Part shown: positions 28,529 through 39,292 of the stretch, in pieces
Numbering within the stretch: position 1 is the stretch's first letter
How the letters are laid out: every line of letters begins with the position of its first letter
Assembly: GCA_963718235.1 (NCBI GenBank)
Contig: CAVQYR010000002.1
Coordinates: 832,001-896,000 of the forward strand
Source: an uncultured Actinomycetota bacterium
GTDB taxonomy: Bacteria > Actinomycetota > Actinomycetes > JAHEKZ01
Length of the DNA stretch: 64,000 bases
Direction: 5' to 3'
Program-made: the position numbers and the translations under genes
The notes under the pieces: generated by a model
Databases searched by the model: none
What the model was told of the DNA's origin: nothing
Seen by the model: only the letters and a program-made list of their open reading frames with translations

Positions 28529-30298
28529 GTGCTGCAACGCATGTCGACCCTGTTCCTTCGCACCCTGCGCGAGGACCCGGCCGACGCCGAGGTGCCCAGC
28601 CACCGGCTGCTGGTGCGGGCCGGCTACGTGCGCCGGGTCGCGCCGGGCATCTACAGCTGGCTGCCGCTGGGTTACGAGGTGCTGCGCAACATCGAGCGGA
28701 TCGTCCGCGAGGAGATGAACGCGATCGGGGCCCAGGAGGTCCACTTCCCGGCGCTGCTGCCGCGTGAGCCGTACGAGATCAGCAACCGCTGGACCGAGTA
28801 CGGCGACAACATCTTCCGGCTGAAGGACCGAAAGGACGGCGACTACCTGCTCGGCCCCACCCACGAGGAGCTCTTCACGCTTCTGGTCAAGGACCTCTAC
28901 TCCTCGTACAAGGACCTCCCCGTCTGGCTGTACCAGATCCAGACGAAGTACCGCGACGAGACCGCGCCCGCGCGCCGGCATCCTGCGAGGCCGGGAGTTC
29001 GTCATGAAGGACTCCTACTCCTTCGACGTCGGCGACGAGGGGCTGCAGAAGTCCTACGACGCCCACCGCGACGCCTACATCCGGATCTTCGACCGGTTCG
29101 GCTTTGACTACGTGATCGTCGAGGCGATGTCCGGGGCGATGGGCGGCTCGGCCAGCGAGGAGTTCCTCGCGTCCGCCGAGCACGGCGAGGACACCTACGT
29201 GCGCTGCACTTCGTGCGACTACTCGGCCAACGTCGAGGCCGTGCGGGTGCGCGGTGCCCGACCCCATCGCGTGGGACGAACCTGCCTGCCGCGCACGTCG
29301 AGGACACTCCCGACACCCCGACCATCGACACGCTCGTGGCCCACCTCGACGTGGCGTTTCCCCGCGACGACCGTCCGTGGCATGCGGCCGACACGCTCAA
29401 GAACGTCATCGTGATGCTGCTGCACCCCGACGGCACGCGCGAGCCGCTGGCGATCGGCGTCCCGGGCGACCGCGAGGTCGACGAGAAGCGCCTGCAGGCC
29501 CAGGTCGAGCCGGCCGAGCTGGCCGCGTTCACCGAGGACGACTTCGCCGCCAACCCGGCCCTGCGCAAGGGGTACATCGGCCCGGCGGCGCTCGGGGCGA
29601 ACAACCCGTCCGGCATCCGCTACCTCGTCGACCCCAGGGTCGTCGACGGCACCCAGTGGGTCACCGGTGCCGACCAGGACGGCCGCCACGTGCTCGGCCT
29701 GGTCGCCGGGCGCGACTTCACCGCCGACGGGCTGATCGAGGCCGCCGAGGTGCGCGAGGACGACGAGTGCCCGCGGTGCGGCGAGGCGCTGTCGATCGCG
29801 CGTGGCATCGAGATCGGCCACATCTTCCAGCTCGGCCGCCGGTTCGCCGAGGCGCTCGACCTTCGCGTGCTCGACGAGAACGGCAAGCTGGTCACGGTCA
29901 CCATGGGCTCGTACGGCATCGGCATCTCGCGCGCCGTTGCAGCCATCGTGGAGAACTCCCACGACGAGCAGGGCATCGTGTGGCCGCGTGAGGTGGCCCC
30001 CGCCGACGTCCACCTGGTCGCCACCGGAAAGGACGAGGCGATCTTCTCCGCCGCCGAGGCGCTCGCGGTTGACCTCGACCGGGCCGGGGTGCGGGTCATC
30101 TACGACGACCGGCCCAAGGTGTCGCCCGGTGTGAAGTTCAAGGACGCCGAGCTGATCGGTGTTCCGACCATCGTGGTGGTGGGCAAGGGCCTCGCCGACG
30201 GCGAGATCGAGGTGCGCGACCGGGCCACCGACCTGCGCACGACGGTGCCGGCCGACGAAGCCGCAGCGCGCATCGTCGAGGCCATCCGGGAGAGCTGA
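28529..30298 (+). CDS. proS: Prolyl-tRNA synthetase, interrupted by three +1 frameshifts (likely sequencing errors)
   Basis: [30 protein letters not shown] and MGSYGIG motifs spread over three frames. Confidence 0.93.
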
Positions 30299-30300
30299 GC

Positions 30301-31011
30301 GTGCCGGTCGAGGCGGTCATCTTCGACTGGGGCGGCGTGCTGACACCGTGGCACACGATCGACCTGCGCGAGCAGTGGCACGCCTACAGCGCCGTCCACG
30401 AGCCGGCACGCGCCGACGAGCTCGCGGTGCTGCTGCTCGAGGCCGAGGACGCGTGCTGGCGAGCTGGCCGCCAGCACCAGCGGTCGGCGACGCTCGACGA
30501 GGTGTTCAGGGGGGTTGGGATCGAGCCAACGGGGCCACGGCACGAGGCGGCGCTGGCCGCGTACCACGCATTCTGGATGCCACACACCATGGCCGACCCC
30601 GACGCGACAGCGACCCTGACGGCGCTGCGGGAGCGTGGCATCAAGGTGGGCGTGCTCTCCAACACGTTGTGGAGCCGGGAGTTCCACGAGGCCGTGTTCG
30701 AACGGGACGGTCTGCTGCCGCTCATCGACGGTGCCGTCTACTCCAGCGAGATTCCCTACACCAAGCCCCACCCTGGGGCCTTCACCTCCGCGATGGCGGT
30801 CGTGGGGGTCAGCGACCCGGCCGTGGCCGTGTTCGTCGGTGACCGTCCCTTCGAGGACATCCATGGCAGCAAGTCGGTGGGCATGCGCGGGGTGCTGGTT
30901 CCTCACAGCGACATCCCGACCAGCCAGCGCGGGCACGTCGAGGGCGAGCCGGACGCCGTGATCCACCGGCTGCTCGACCTGCTCCCGCTGGTAGACGCGT
31001 GGTCAGCCTGA
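30301..31011 (+). CDS. HAD-superfamily hydrolase
   Basis: DWGGVL, LSN, KPHP and VGDR motifs. Confidence 0.88.
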   Translation: MPVEAVIFDWGGVLTPWHTIDLREQWHAYSAVHEPARADELAVLLLEAEDACWRAGRQHQRSATLDEVFRGVGIEPTGPRHEAALAAYHAFWMPHTMADPDATATLTALRERGIKVGVLSNTLWSREFHEAVFERDGLLPLIDGAVYSSEIPYTKPHPGAFTSAMAVVGVSDPAVAVFVGDRPFEDIHGSKSVGMRGVLVPHSDIPTSQRGHVEGEPDAVIHRLLDLLPLVDAWSA

Positions 31012-31413
31012 CGCCAGGCCGGGCAGGGCAGGTACCTCGCCGCTCCAGCGGTAGGAGCGGACGGCGGAGTCGCGCAGCCAAGCGGCCGCCGTCCGTCGCC
31101 ACAGCTCGTCGCCGGTCGCGACGAGCTGGGCGTAGGCGGTCGCGGACGCCGCCTCGATCTGGGCGGCCAGCGCGCGTGCCTGGGCGGCCGCGACGACGGG
31201 GGAGTCCGGCTCGTACGCCGGTGCGGCTGGGGTGGGCGTCGCTGACGCCTCGACCAGGGCTGCGGTCAGGAGGTCGCGACGCTGCCGGTGCACGTCGTAG
31301 GACTCGCGCGCCAGCTGGTCGTCCGGCCCGAGCCGACCTCCGACGATGCCGTACCCGAACACCGCCGAGTGCTCGACGGCGAGCGCGCCCTGCAGCGACG
31401 CGAGGTCAGCCAC
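31003..31413 (-). CDS. Ferritin-like DUF4439-family protein
   Basis: LQGALAVEHSAVFGYG...HRQRRD...ALPGL; usual position before rimP. Confidence 0.8.
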   Translation of the reverse strand: MADLASLQGALAVEHSAVFGYGIVGGRLGPDDQLARESYDVHRQRRDLLTAALVEASATPTPAAPAYEPDSPVVAAAQARALAAQIEAASATAYAQLVATGDELWRRTAAAWLRDSAVRSYRWSGEVPALPGLASG

Positions 31414-31891
31414 GCGTGCCTCGCAACGACGCAGCCAGGGCCGCATCGCTCGCCGCGATCGAGGCGAGCAGGGCGGCGTCGGACCCGGACTCCGGTTCGG
31501 TGACCGCGCGCTGCGTCTGGTCGGCGGCCAGGTCCAGGGCCCGGACGAACGCCGCGGCGGTGCGGGGACCGGTCGGAGCACCGTCCAGCGCACCCAGCGC
31601 ACCAGCCGCGCGCAGGGCGTCGACATGCGCGCCCAGCACCCGCTGCGCCTCGCTGAGGGTCAACGACTCGGCCCAGTCGAGCAGGGCCAGCTCGCGCAGC
31701 AGCACCGCGTCCAGCTCCGGCCGCCGGACCGCGCTCGTCGTCGAGTCCGGAGCGGTCGAGGACGCGTCGGGTCCTTCGGCCTCCGTGCACCCGACCAGCG
31801 CGACTGCACCGGCCAGCCACGGCACCGCGAGCACGGTCCGACGGGAGAGGGCGGGAACACCGCCGGTGTCGGGGCGGTCGGGCTCGGTCAC
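31406..31891 (-). CDS. Putative Tat-exported lipoprotein
   Basis: SRRTVL twin-arginine motif and LVGC lipobox. Confidence 0.65.
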   Translation of the reverse strand: MTEPDRPDTGGVPALSRRTVLAVPWLAGAVALVGCTEAEGPDASSTAPDSTTSAVRRPELDAVLLRELALLDWAESLTLSEAQRVLGAHVDALRAAGALGALDGAPTGPRTAAAFVRALDLAADQTQRAVTEPESGSDAALLASIAASDAALAASLRGTRG

Positions 31892-31977
31892 CGCGGCAGC
31901 ATCGCACGAGCGGTCCCTCCCCGGACCGTTAGGCTGGCCGGACAACCGATCACACAACTGGACCCCTCGGAGGCACC

Positions 31978-32451
31978 ATGAGCGCCGTCGCCGACCGCGT
32001 CGAACGCGTGCTCACTCCGGTGGTGTCCGCGGCCGGCTACGACCTCGAGGCACTGGAGGTCCAGCCCGCCGGACGCCGACGTCTGCTGCGCGTGATCGTC
32101 GACCGTGACGGCGGGATCGACCTCGACGCCGTGGCCGGGCTCTCCCGCGACCTGTCGGCCGCCCTGGACGCCTCCGACGCGATGGGCGACCAGGCCTACG
32201 TGCTCGAGGTCACCTCTCCCGGCGTCGACCGCCCGCTGACCGAACCGCGGCACTGGCGACGCAACAAGGACCGTCTGGTCACGGTCACCCTCAAGGACCA
32301 CAGCACCGTGAAGGGGCGGATCGGCGACTCCGACGAGACGACCACCACCCTGCTGACCGACGACGGCGTGCGCACCCTGACCTACGACGGCGTCCAGCGC
32401 GCCCACGTCGAGGTGGAGTTCCGCCGTCCCGACCCGACCGAAGGAGAGTGA
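31978..32451 (+). CDS. rimP: Ribosome maturation factor RimP
   Basis: [14 protein letters not shown]; precedes nusA. Confidence 0.95.
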   Translation: MSAVADRVERVLTPVVSAAGYDLEALEVQPAGRRRLLRVIVDRDGGIDLDAVAGLSRDLSAALDASDAMGDQAYVLEVTSPGVDRPLTEPRHWRRNKDRLVTVTLKDHSTVKGRIGDSDETTTTLLTDDGVRTLTYDGVQRAHVEVEFRRPDPTEGE

Positions 32452-32452
32452 C

Positions 32453-33451
32453 GTGGACATCGACATGGCCGCCTTGCGCGGACTCGTGAGCGAACGGGAC
32501 ATCTCCTTCGACCTGGTGGTCGGTGCGATCGAGAAGGCCCTGGAGACCGCGTACCACCACAGCCCCGGTGCCCAGCCGGTCGCCCGGGTGGAGCTCGACC
32601 GGTCCAGCGGCCACGTCACGGTCTGGGCGGCTGAGACCGACGAAGAGGGCACCGTGCTGCGCGAGTACGACGACACCCCGGAGGGGTTCGGACGGGTAGC
32701 GGCGACCACCGCCCGTCAGGTGATCCTGCAGCGCCTGCGTGACGCCGAGGACGAAGCGGTCTACGGCACCTGGTCCGGGCGGGAGGGCGACATCGTGTCC
32801 GGGGTCGTGCAGCAGGGCCCCGACCGTGACGTCGTGCTGGTCGACCTCGGCGGTGTCGAGGCGGTGCTGCCGGTCGGTGAGCAGGTGCCCGGGGAGATCT
32901 ACGAGCACGGACTGCGGCTGCGCTGCTACGTCGTGGCCGTCCGCAAAGGGGCCCGCGGTCCGCAGATCACCGTGTCGCGCACCCACCCGAACCTGGTCAA
33001 GCGGCTGTTCGCCCGCGAGGTGCCCGAGATCGCCGACGGCAGCGTGGAGATCATGGGGATCGCCCGGGAGTCCGGGCACCGCAGCAAGCTGGCCGTGGCC
33101 TCCCACACGCCGGGGGTGAACGCCAAAGGGGCCTGCATCGGTCCGATGGGGCAGCGGGTGCGGGCGGTGATGGCCGAGCTGCACGGCGAGAAGATCGACA
33201 TCGTCGACTGGTCGGAGGACCCGGCCGAGTACGTGGGCCACGCGCTCAGCCCGGCGCGGGTCAGCTCGGTGCGGGTGGTCGACCTGGACACCAAGCAGGT
33301 CAGGGCGGTCGTGCCGGACTACCAGCTGAGCCTGGCCATCGGCAAGGAGGGCCAGAACGCGCGGCTGGCGGCCCGGCTCACCGGCTGGCGGATCGACATC
33401 CGACCGGACACCGCACCGGAGCCGATCGCCGAGGCTGGCCGGCCGGAGTGA
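32453..33451 (+). CDS. nusA: Transcription termination/antitermination factor NusA
   Basis: FGRVAA, VSRTHP, GACIG and [15 protein letters not shown] motifs. Confidence 0.97.
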   Translation: MDIDMAALRGLVSERDISFDLVVGAIEKALETAYHHSPGAQPVARVELDRSSGHVTVWAAETDEEGTVLREYDDTPEGFGRVAATTARQVILQRLRDAEDEAVYGTWSGREGDIVSGVVQQGPDRDVVLVDLGGVEAVLPVGEQVPGEIYEHGLRLRCYVVAVRKGARGPQITVSRTHPNLVKRLFAREVPEIADGSVEIMGIARESGHRSKLAVASHTPGVNAKGACIGPMGQRVRAVMAELHGEKIDIVDWSEDPAEYVGHALSPARVSSVRVVDLDTKQVRAVVPDYQLSLAIGKEGQNARLAARLTGWRIDIRPDTAPEPIAEAGRPE

Positions 33452-33852
33452 CCGACGGGGTAGACTGCCCGGTGTCCGGTCGTCCGGGCCCGGTCCGCAC
33501 GTGCGTGGGGTGCCGGGAGCGGGCGGCCAAGGCTGATCTGCTGCGTGTGGTGGTCTCGTCGGACACCGACCCTCCTCGGGTCGTGCCCGACCCCACCAAC
33601 CGGCGGCCCGGTCGGGGAGCCTCGTTGCATCCCCGGCGGGCCTGCCTCGACCTCGCTGTGCGTCGCCGGGCGTTCGCGCGGGCCCTCCGGCTCGTCGGGC
33701 CGGTCGACGTCGACGAGGTCAGGCAGTATCTGTCCCGACACCCAGCACCACCCACCAGCACGACCACCAGCACGACCACCAGCACGACCCCTACACCCGC
33801 AACCGAAGGCGGCGACGACAGCGATGAGCGCTCGATGAGCCAGCAGCGATGA
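33448..33852 (+). CDS. ylxR: YlxR/DUF448 RNA-binding protein
   Basis: PVRTCVGCR...GRGASLHP...C; lies between nusA and infB. Confidence 0.85.
   Translation: MTDGVDCPVSGRPGPVRTCVGCRERAAKADLLRVVVSSDTDPPRVVPDPTNRRPGRGASLHPRRACLDLAVRRRAFARALRLVGPVDVDEVRQYLSRHPAPPTSTTTSTTTSTTPTPATEGGDDSDERSMSQQR
33752..33787 (+). repeat. Tandem repeat, 3 x CCACCAGCACGA
   Basis: Three exact 12-bp units in the ylxR tail. Confidence 0.9.
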
Positions 33853-33912
33853 GCATGCGCATCAACTAGGGGTCCGCACCCGACAGGGGTCCGGACCGAA
33901 GACAGGAGAGCA

Positions 33913-36612
33913 GTGGCAAAGGTCCGGGTCTACGAGCTCGCAAAGGAGCTCGGTGTCGAGAGCAAGGTCGTCTTGGCCAAGCTCAGTGAGATGGGTGAGT
34001 TCGTCCGGTCGGCGTCGTCGACCGTCGAGGCACCCGTCGTCCGAAGGCTGCGCGAGGCGATGCCAGCAGCGCCGGCAGCGCCGGCCGCCGAGAAGCCCGC
34101 CAAGAAGGCCGCCGCGAAACCGGCCGCCAAGAAGGCTGCGCCCGCTCCCGAGCCGCTGCCCGACGAGCTGGTGGCTGCCGCCACCGCCGCCGTGGCGGCC
34201 CAGGCGCAGCCCGCCCCGGCGGCGTCGGCACCCGCAGCAGTCGCAGCCGAGGCCGCCGCCCCGGCGCCGGCCCGTCCCGCGGGTCCGCGTCCGGGCAACA
34301 ACCCGTTCACGTCCCGTGAGCCGGCCCCGCCACGTCCCGCGGGTCCGCGTCCGGGCAACAACCCGTACACCTCCCGCGAGCCGGCCCCGCCGCGCCCGGC
34401 GGGGATGCCCCCACGTCCGGGTGGCGGGGCTCCTAACCCCGGCATGATGCCTCCGCGCCCGCAGCCGGGCGCCGGTCGTACCGGAGCCCCCGGCCGACCG
34501 GGAGCACCCGGTCGCCCCGGAACCGGCGGCGCCCGTCCGGGCACCGGCGGAGCCCGACCCGGTGGCGGTGGTGGCTACGCCGGCCGTCCCGGTGGTGGCG
34601 GTGCGCCCAGCGGTGGTGGCGGCTACGCCGGTCGTCCCGGTGGTGGCGGTGGCCGACCCGGTGGTCCCGGTGGTCGCGGCGGCACCCAGGGTGCGTTCGG
34701 TCGCGGCGGCGGCAAGCCGCGTGGGCGCAAGTCGCGCAAGCAGCGGCGTCAGGAGTTCGACAACCTGCAGGCCCCGACCATCGGTGGGGTCTCGGTCCCG
34801 CGCGGACAGGGGCAAACCGTTCGGCTGCCCCGAGGCGCGTCGCTGACCGACTTCGCCGACAAGATCGGCGCCAACCCGGCGTCGCTGGTGCAGGTGCTGT
34901 TCACCCTCGGCGAGATGGCCACGGCCACGCAGTCCCTCGACGAGGACACGTTCGCGCTGCTGGGCTCCGAGCTCGGCTACGACGTCGAGGTGGTCAGTCC
35001 CGACGACGAGGACCGCGAGCTGCTGGAGTCCTTCGACATCGACCTCGACGCCGAGGTGGCCGAGCAGGACGACGACGATCTCCTGCCGCGACCGCCGGTC
35101 GTCACGGTCATGGGCCACGTCGACCACGGCAAGACCAAGCTGCTCGACGCCATCCGCTCGACCGACGTCGTCGCCGACGAGGCCGGCGGGATCACCCAGC
35201 ACATCGGCGCCTACCAGGTGCACGTGCCGCACGACGGACGCGACCGCGCCCTGACCTTCATCGACACCCCCGGCCACGAGGCGTTCACCGCCATGCGTGC
35301 CCGCGGGGCGAAGGTCACTGACATCGCGGTGCTCGTGGTGGCTGCCGACGACGGCGTGATGCCGCAGACGATCGAGGCGCTGAACCACGCGCAGGCGGCC
35401 GAGGTGCCGATCGTGGTGGCGGTCAACAAGGTCGACAAGGAGGACGCCAACCCGGCCAAGGTGCGCCAGCAGCTGACCGAGTACGGACTGGTGGCCGAGG
35501 AGTACGGCGGCGAGACGATGTTCGTCGACGTCTCCGCCAAGAGCCGGCTCAACATCGACAGCCTGCTCGAGGCCGTACTGCTCACCGCAGACGCGGCGCT
35601 CGACCTCCGGGCCAACCCCAACACCGAGGCCCGAGGTGTCGCCATCGAGGCCCACCTCGACCGCGGCCGCGGTCCGGTGGCCACGGTGCTGGTCCAGCGG
35701 GGCACGCTGCACGTCGGTGAGGCCATCGTGGCCGGCGACGCGTTCGGCCGGGTCCGGGCCATGCTCGACGAGCACGGTGACCCGGTCGAGCAGGCCGGCC
35801 CGTCGCGACCGGTGCAGGTGCTGGGCTTCAGCTCGGTGCCCGGCGCCGGTGACCGGTTCATCGTTGCCGAGGAGGAGCGCGTCGCTCGCCAGATCGCCGA
35901 GAAGCGACAGGCGATGGAGCGCAACGCCGCCCTGGCCAAGGCCCGCAAGAAGGTCAGCCTGGAGGACCTCCAGAAGATCCTCGAGCAGGGCAAGATCGAG
36001 ACGCTGAACCTGATCCTCAAGGGCGACGTGTCGGGTTCGGTCGAGGCCCTCGAGGACGCCTTGCTGAAGATCGACGTCGGCGAGGAGGTGTCGATGCGGA
36101 TCATCCACCGCGGGGTCGGCGCCATCACCCAGCACGACGTCACCTTGGCGTCGGCGTCCGACGCGGTCATCATCGGCTTCAACGTCCGACCGGAGGGTCG
36201 GGCTCGTGAGCTCGCCGAGCGCGAGGGCATCGACATCCGGTACTACTCGGTCATCTACCAGGCGATCGACGAGATCGAGCAGGCCCTCAAGGGAATGCTC
36301 AAGCCGGAGTTCGAGGAGGTCGAGCTGGGTACCGCCGAGGTCCGCGAGGTCTTCCGGTCCAGCAAGTTCGGCACCATCGCCGGCTCGCTGGTCCGCTCCG
36401 GGGAGCTCAAGCGCGGCACCAAGGCGCGCGTGGTCCGAGATGGCGCGGTCGTGGCCGAGAACGTCGAGATCACCGGGCTGCGACGGTTCAAGGACGACGT
36501 CACCGAGGTTCGCGAGGGTTTCGAGTGCGGCATCAACCTGGGGTCGTTCAACGACGTCAAGGTCGACGACGTCATCGAGACGTTCGAGATGCGCGAGAAG
36601 CCTCGCGCCTGA
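33913..36612 (+). CDS. infB: Translation initiation factor IF-2
   Basis: [25 protein letters not shown] and NKVD motifs. Confidence 0.98.
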   Translation: MAKVRVYELAKELGVESKVVLAKLSEMGEFVRSASSTVEAPVVRRLREAMPAAPAAPAAEKPAKKAAAKPAAKKAAPAPEPLPDELVAAATAAVAAQAQPAPAASAPAAVAAEAAAPAPARPAGPRPGNNPFTSREPAPPRPAGPRPGNNPYTSREPAPPRPAGMPPRPGGGAPNPGMMPPRPQPGAGRTGAPGRPGAPGRPGTGGARPGTGGARPGGGGGYAGRPGGGGAPSGGGGYAGRPGGGGGRPGGPGGRGGTQGAFGRGGGKPRGRKSRKQRRQEFDNLQAPTIGGVSVPRGQGQTVRLPRGASLTDFADKIGANPASLVQVLFTLGEMATATQSLDEDTFALLGSELGYDVEVVSPDDEDRELLESFDIDLDAEVAEQDDDDLLPRPPVVTVMGHVDHGKTKLLDAIRSTDVVADEAGGITQHIGAYQVHVPHDGRDRALTFIDTPGHEAFTAMRARGAKVTDIAVLVVAADDGVMPQTIEALNHAQAAEVPIVVAVNKVDKEDANPAKVRQQLTEYGLVAEEYGGETMFVDVSAKSRLNIDSLLEAVLLTADAALDLRANPNTEARGVAIEAHLDRGRGPVATVLVQRGTLHVGEAIVAGDAFGRVRAMLDEHGDPVEQAGPSRPVQVLGFSSVPGAGDRFIVAEEERVARQIAEKRQAMERNAALAKARKKVSLEDLQKILEQGKIETLNLILKGDVSGSVEALEDALLKIDVGEEVSMRIIHRGVGAITQHDVTLASASDAVIIGFNVRPEGRARELAEREGIDIRYYSVIYQAIDEIEQALKGMLKPEFEEVELGTAEVREVFRSSKFGTIAGSLVRSGELKRGTKARVVRDGAVVAENVEITGLRRFKDDVTEVREGFECGINLGSFNDVKVDDVIETFEMREKPRA

Positions 36613-36654
36613 TCGAGGTCGCGAGCAGGTCCGGTTTCGACCCAGGGATGGCGG

Positions 36655-36951
36655 ATGGTCATCGGCACGCTGAGACTGGACCTGCTGCTCGGCGACGTCT
36701 CGTCGCTGAAGCAGAAGCGGTCGGTCGTGCGACCAGTGGTCGCCGAGCTGCGACGGGTGTTCGCCGTCGCCGTCGCGGAGACGGGCGACCAAGAGCTGTA
36801 CCGAAGGGCCGAGATCGGCGTGGCGTGCGTCTCGGCCGACTTCGCGCACTGCCGTGACGTTCTCGACGCGTGTGAGCGCGCCGTGGCCGAACGGCCTGAG
36901 CTGGAGCTGCTGTCGGCGCGACAGCGGCTCTTCGACGAGGAGGACCTGTGA
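36655..36951 (+). CDS. DUF503 (YlxP-like) protein
   Basis: SLKQKRSVVRP; lies between infB and rbfA. Confidence 0.88.
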   Translation: MVIGTLRLDLLLGDVSSLKQKRSVVRPVVAELRRVFAVAVAETGDQELYRRAEIGVACVSADFAHCRDVLDACERAVAERPELELLSARQRLFDEEDL

Positions 36952-37388
36952 CCGAGATGGACGCCCGCGCTCGCAAGCTGGCCGACCGCATCCGCGAGAT
37001 CGTGGCCGAGACGCTCGAGCGCAGGGTCAAGGACCCTCGGCTGGGGTTCGTGACGATCACCGACGCGCGGATCACCAACGACCTTCGCGACGCCACGGTC
37101 TTCTACACCGTCTACGGCGACGAGACCGAGCGCGTGGACACCGGGGTCGCTCTGGACAGCGCCAAGGGCATGCTGCGCAGTGAGGTCGGCAAGCAGACGG
37201 GAGTCCGGTTCACCCCGACGCTGGCCTTCATGCTGGACGGTGTGCAGGAGAACGCTCGGCACATCGAGGACCTGCTGCAGCAGGCCCGCGAGGCCGACGC
37301 CCAGGTGCACCGGCAGGCGGCAGCGGCCCAGTACGCGGCCGGCGCCGACGCCTATCGCACCGACGAGCCCGAGGCCGACGCCCAGTGA
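36948..37388 (+). CDS. rbfA: Ribosome-binding factor A
   Basis: KDPRLGFVTIT and RFTPTL motifs. Confidence 0.96.
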   Translation: MTEMDARARKLADRIREIVAETLERRVKDPRLGFVTITDARITNDLRDATVFYTVYGDETERVDTGVALDSAKGMLRSEVGKQTGVRFTPTLAFMLDGVQENARHIEDLLQQAREADAQVHRQAAAAQYAAGADAYRTDEPEADAQ

Positions 37389-38416
37389 CCGACACTCTCC
37401 CTTGCCCCGGGGTCGACGACTCCACCTGGGACACCATCGTCGCGGTGATCCTCGGCGCCCCGCGCGTCCTCCTGCTCGGGCACGTGTCACCCGACGGTGA
37501 TGCGCTGGGGTCTGCGCTGGCCGTCGGACTCGCGCTGAGGCAGCTGCCCGGCGCCCGCCAGGTGCAGGTGTCGTTCGGCGACGAGCCGTTCGTCGTCCCG
37601 GCCAACCTCGCCGGGCTGCCGGGGCTGTCGCTGCTGGTCGAGCCCTCGCAGGTGGCCGCCCCCGACGTCACCGTCACCTTCGACGCCAGCAGCGCCGACC
37701 GGCTCGGCGTGCTCAGGCCGCTCGCCGAGGCCGGCCAGCACCTCGTCGTGGTCGACCACCACGCCTCCTACGACGGGTTCGGCACCCTGGCCGCCGTCGA
37801 CGTGCGCGCACCGGCCACCGCGGTGCTGGCCGACGAGCTGATCCGTCGGCTGGGCGCCACCGTCGACCACGACGTGGCGGCGAACCTCTACACCGGCCTG
37901 GTCACCGACACCGGGTCGTTCCGCTACGCCGGCACGACGCCAGACACCCACGCACTGGCGGGCCGGCTCCTGGAGACGGGGATCCGGTTCGACGTCATTG
38001 CCCGTGAGCTGTTCGACAACGTGCCGTTCGGCTACCTCGGCCTGCTGGGACGCGCACTCGACCGCGCCGTGCTGGAGCGTGACGCCGCGGGCGGGCTCGG
38101 CCTGGTCTGGACGGTCGTCCCGGCGCTGGAGCGCCAGCAGCTCGGGCTCCCGTTCGACCTCGTCGAACCGATCATCGACAGCGTGCGCAAGGCCGAGGAG
38201 GCGGAGGTCGCCTGTGTGGTCAAGGAGGACGACTTCGGCCAGCTGCGGGTCTCGATGCGCAGCAAGGGTCGGCTCGACGTGAGCCTGGCAGCGATCGCCC
38301 TGGGCGGCGGCGGCCACCGCTACGCAGCCGGGTTCACCGCGGACACCCACGACCTGGATGCGGTGATCCGCGGCGTCCGCGAGCAGCTGGACGAAGCCCC
38401 GCACCTGCAGCCGTGA
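37385..38416 (+). CDS. nrnA: DHH-family oligoribonuclease/PAP phosphatase
   Basis: HVSPDGDALGS, DHH, TDTGSF and GGGH motifs. Confidence 0.9.
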   Translation: MTDTLPCPGVDDSTWDTIVAVILGAPRVLLLGHVSPDGDALGSALAVGLALRQLPGARQVQVSFGDEPFVVPANLAGLPGLSLLVEPSQVAAPDVTVTFDASSADRLGVLRPLAEAGQHLVVVDHHASYDGFGTLAAVDVRAPATAVLADELIRRLGATVDHDVAANLYTGLVTDTGSFRYAGTTPDTHALAGRLLETGIRFDVIARELFDNVPFGYLGLLGRALDRAVLERDAAGGLGLVWTVVPALERQQLGLPFDLVEPIIDSVRKAEEAEVACVVKEDDFGQLRVSMRSKGRLDVSLAAIALGGGGHRYAAGFTADTHDLDAVIRGVREQLDEAPHLQP

Positions 38417-39288
38417 GCGGTCCCGACGGGCTCCTCGTCGTCGACAAGCCCAAAGGGCTGACGTCGCACGACGTCGTCGCCCGGGTGCGTCGTCTGGCCG
38501 GCACGCGCAAGGTGGGGCACGCCGGAACGCTCGACCCCATGGCCACCGGTGTGCTCGTCGTCGGGCTGGGCCGGGCCACCCGGCTGCTGGGGCACCTGGC
38601 CGCCACCGACAAGGAGTACACGGCCACGATCCGGCTGGGCGAGTCGACGCTCACCGACGACGCCGAAGGTGAGGTCGTCACCAGGGCTGACGCCTCGGCG
38701 ACCGTCGACGCAGACGTGCTGGCCGCGATCGGTGACCTGACCGGCGACCTCGAGCAGGTGCCGTCGTCGGTCAGCGCGGTGAAGGTCGACGGCGAGCGGG
38801 CTTACCGCCGGGTGCGTGAGGGCGAGACGGTGCAGCTGAGGCCGAGGCGGGTGACGGTGTCCCGGTTCGACGTCCTCCAGACCCGGCGGCCGACGCCTGA
38901 GCTGCTCGACGTCGACGTCGTCGTGCAGTGCTCGACCGGCACCTACGTGCGCGCACTGGCCCGCGACCTCGGCGCCGCTCTGGGCACCGGTGGGCATCTG
39001 ACCGCGTTGCGCCGCACGCGCGTGGGTGGGTTCGACCTCGGCTCGGCGCACACGCTCGACGCTCTCGCCGAGTCGTTCTCCGTGCTCGGCCTCGACGACT
39101 CGATCGCCGCAGCCTTCCCGAGGCGTGACCTGAGTGCGGAGGAGGCCGTCGACGTCTCGCACGGTCGGCCGTTGCCGCTGCACGAGGAGGCCGGCCCAAC
39201 CGGTGCCTTCGACCCGGACGGACACGTCGTGGCGCTGATGGCCCCCGACGGCGAGCAGCTGCGGGTCCTCGTCGGGCTCGTCGGGTAG
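38413..39288 (+). CDS. truB: tRNA pseudouridine(55) synthase
   Basis: DKPKGLTSHD, GHAGTLDP and GTYVRAL motifs. Confidence 0.96.
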   Translation: MSGPDGLLVVDKPKGLTSHDVVARVRRLAGTRKVGHAGTLDPMATGVLVVGLGRATRLLGHLAATDKEYTATIRLGESTLTDDAEGEVVTRADASATVDADVLAAIGDLTGDLEQVPSSVSAVKVDGERAYRRVREGETVQLRPRRVTVSRFDVLQTRRPTPELLDVDVVVQCSTGTYVRALARDLGAALGTGGHLTALRRTRVGGFDLGSAHTLDALAESFSVLGLDDSIAAAFPRRDLSAEEAVDVSHGRPLPLHEEAGPTGAFDPDGHVVALMAPDGEQLRVLVGLVG

Positions 39289-39292
39289 GACC

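Noticed and set aside
28529-30298. Programmed frameshifting or pseudogenisation of proS
   Set aside because: No slippery sites; essential gene with intact motifs; similar indels elsewhere in the window point to sequencing error.
34260-34680. 60-nt duplication and Gly/Pro/Arg repeats in infB
   Set aside because: Ordinary low-complexity N-terminal linker of actinobacterial IF2.
33862-36849. Very long antisense and alternate-frame ORFs (e.g. 995 aa opposite infB, 743 aa opposite GGDEF-EAL, 712 aa opposite dxr/rip1)
   Set aside because: Shadow ORFs expected from high-GC codon bias; they mirror well-supported genes and have no motifs.
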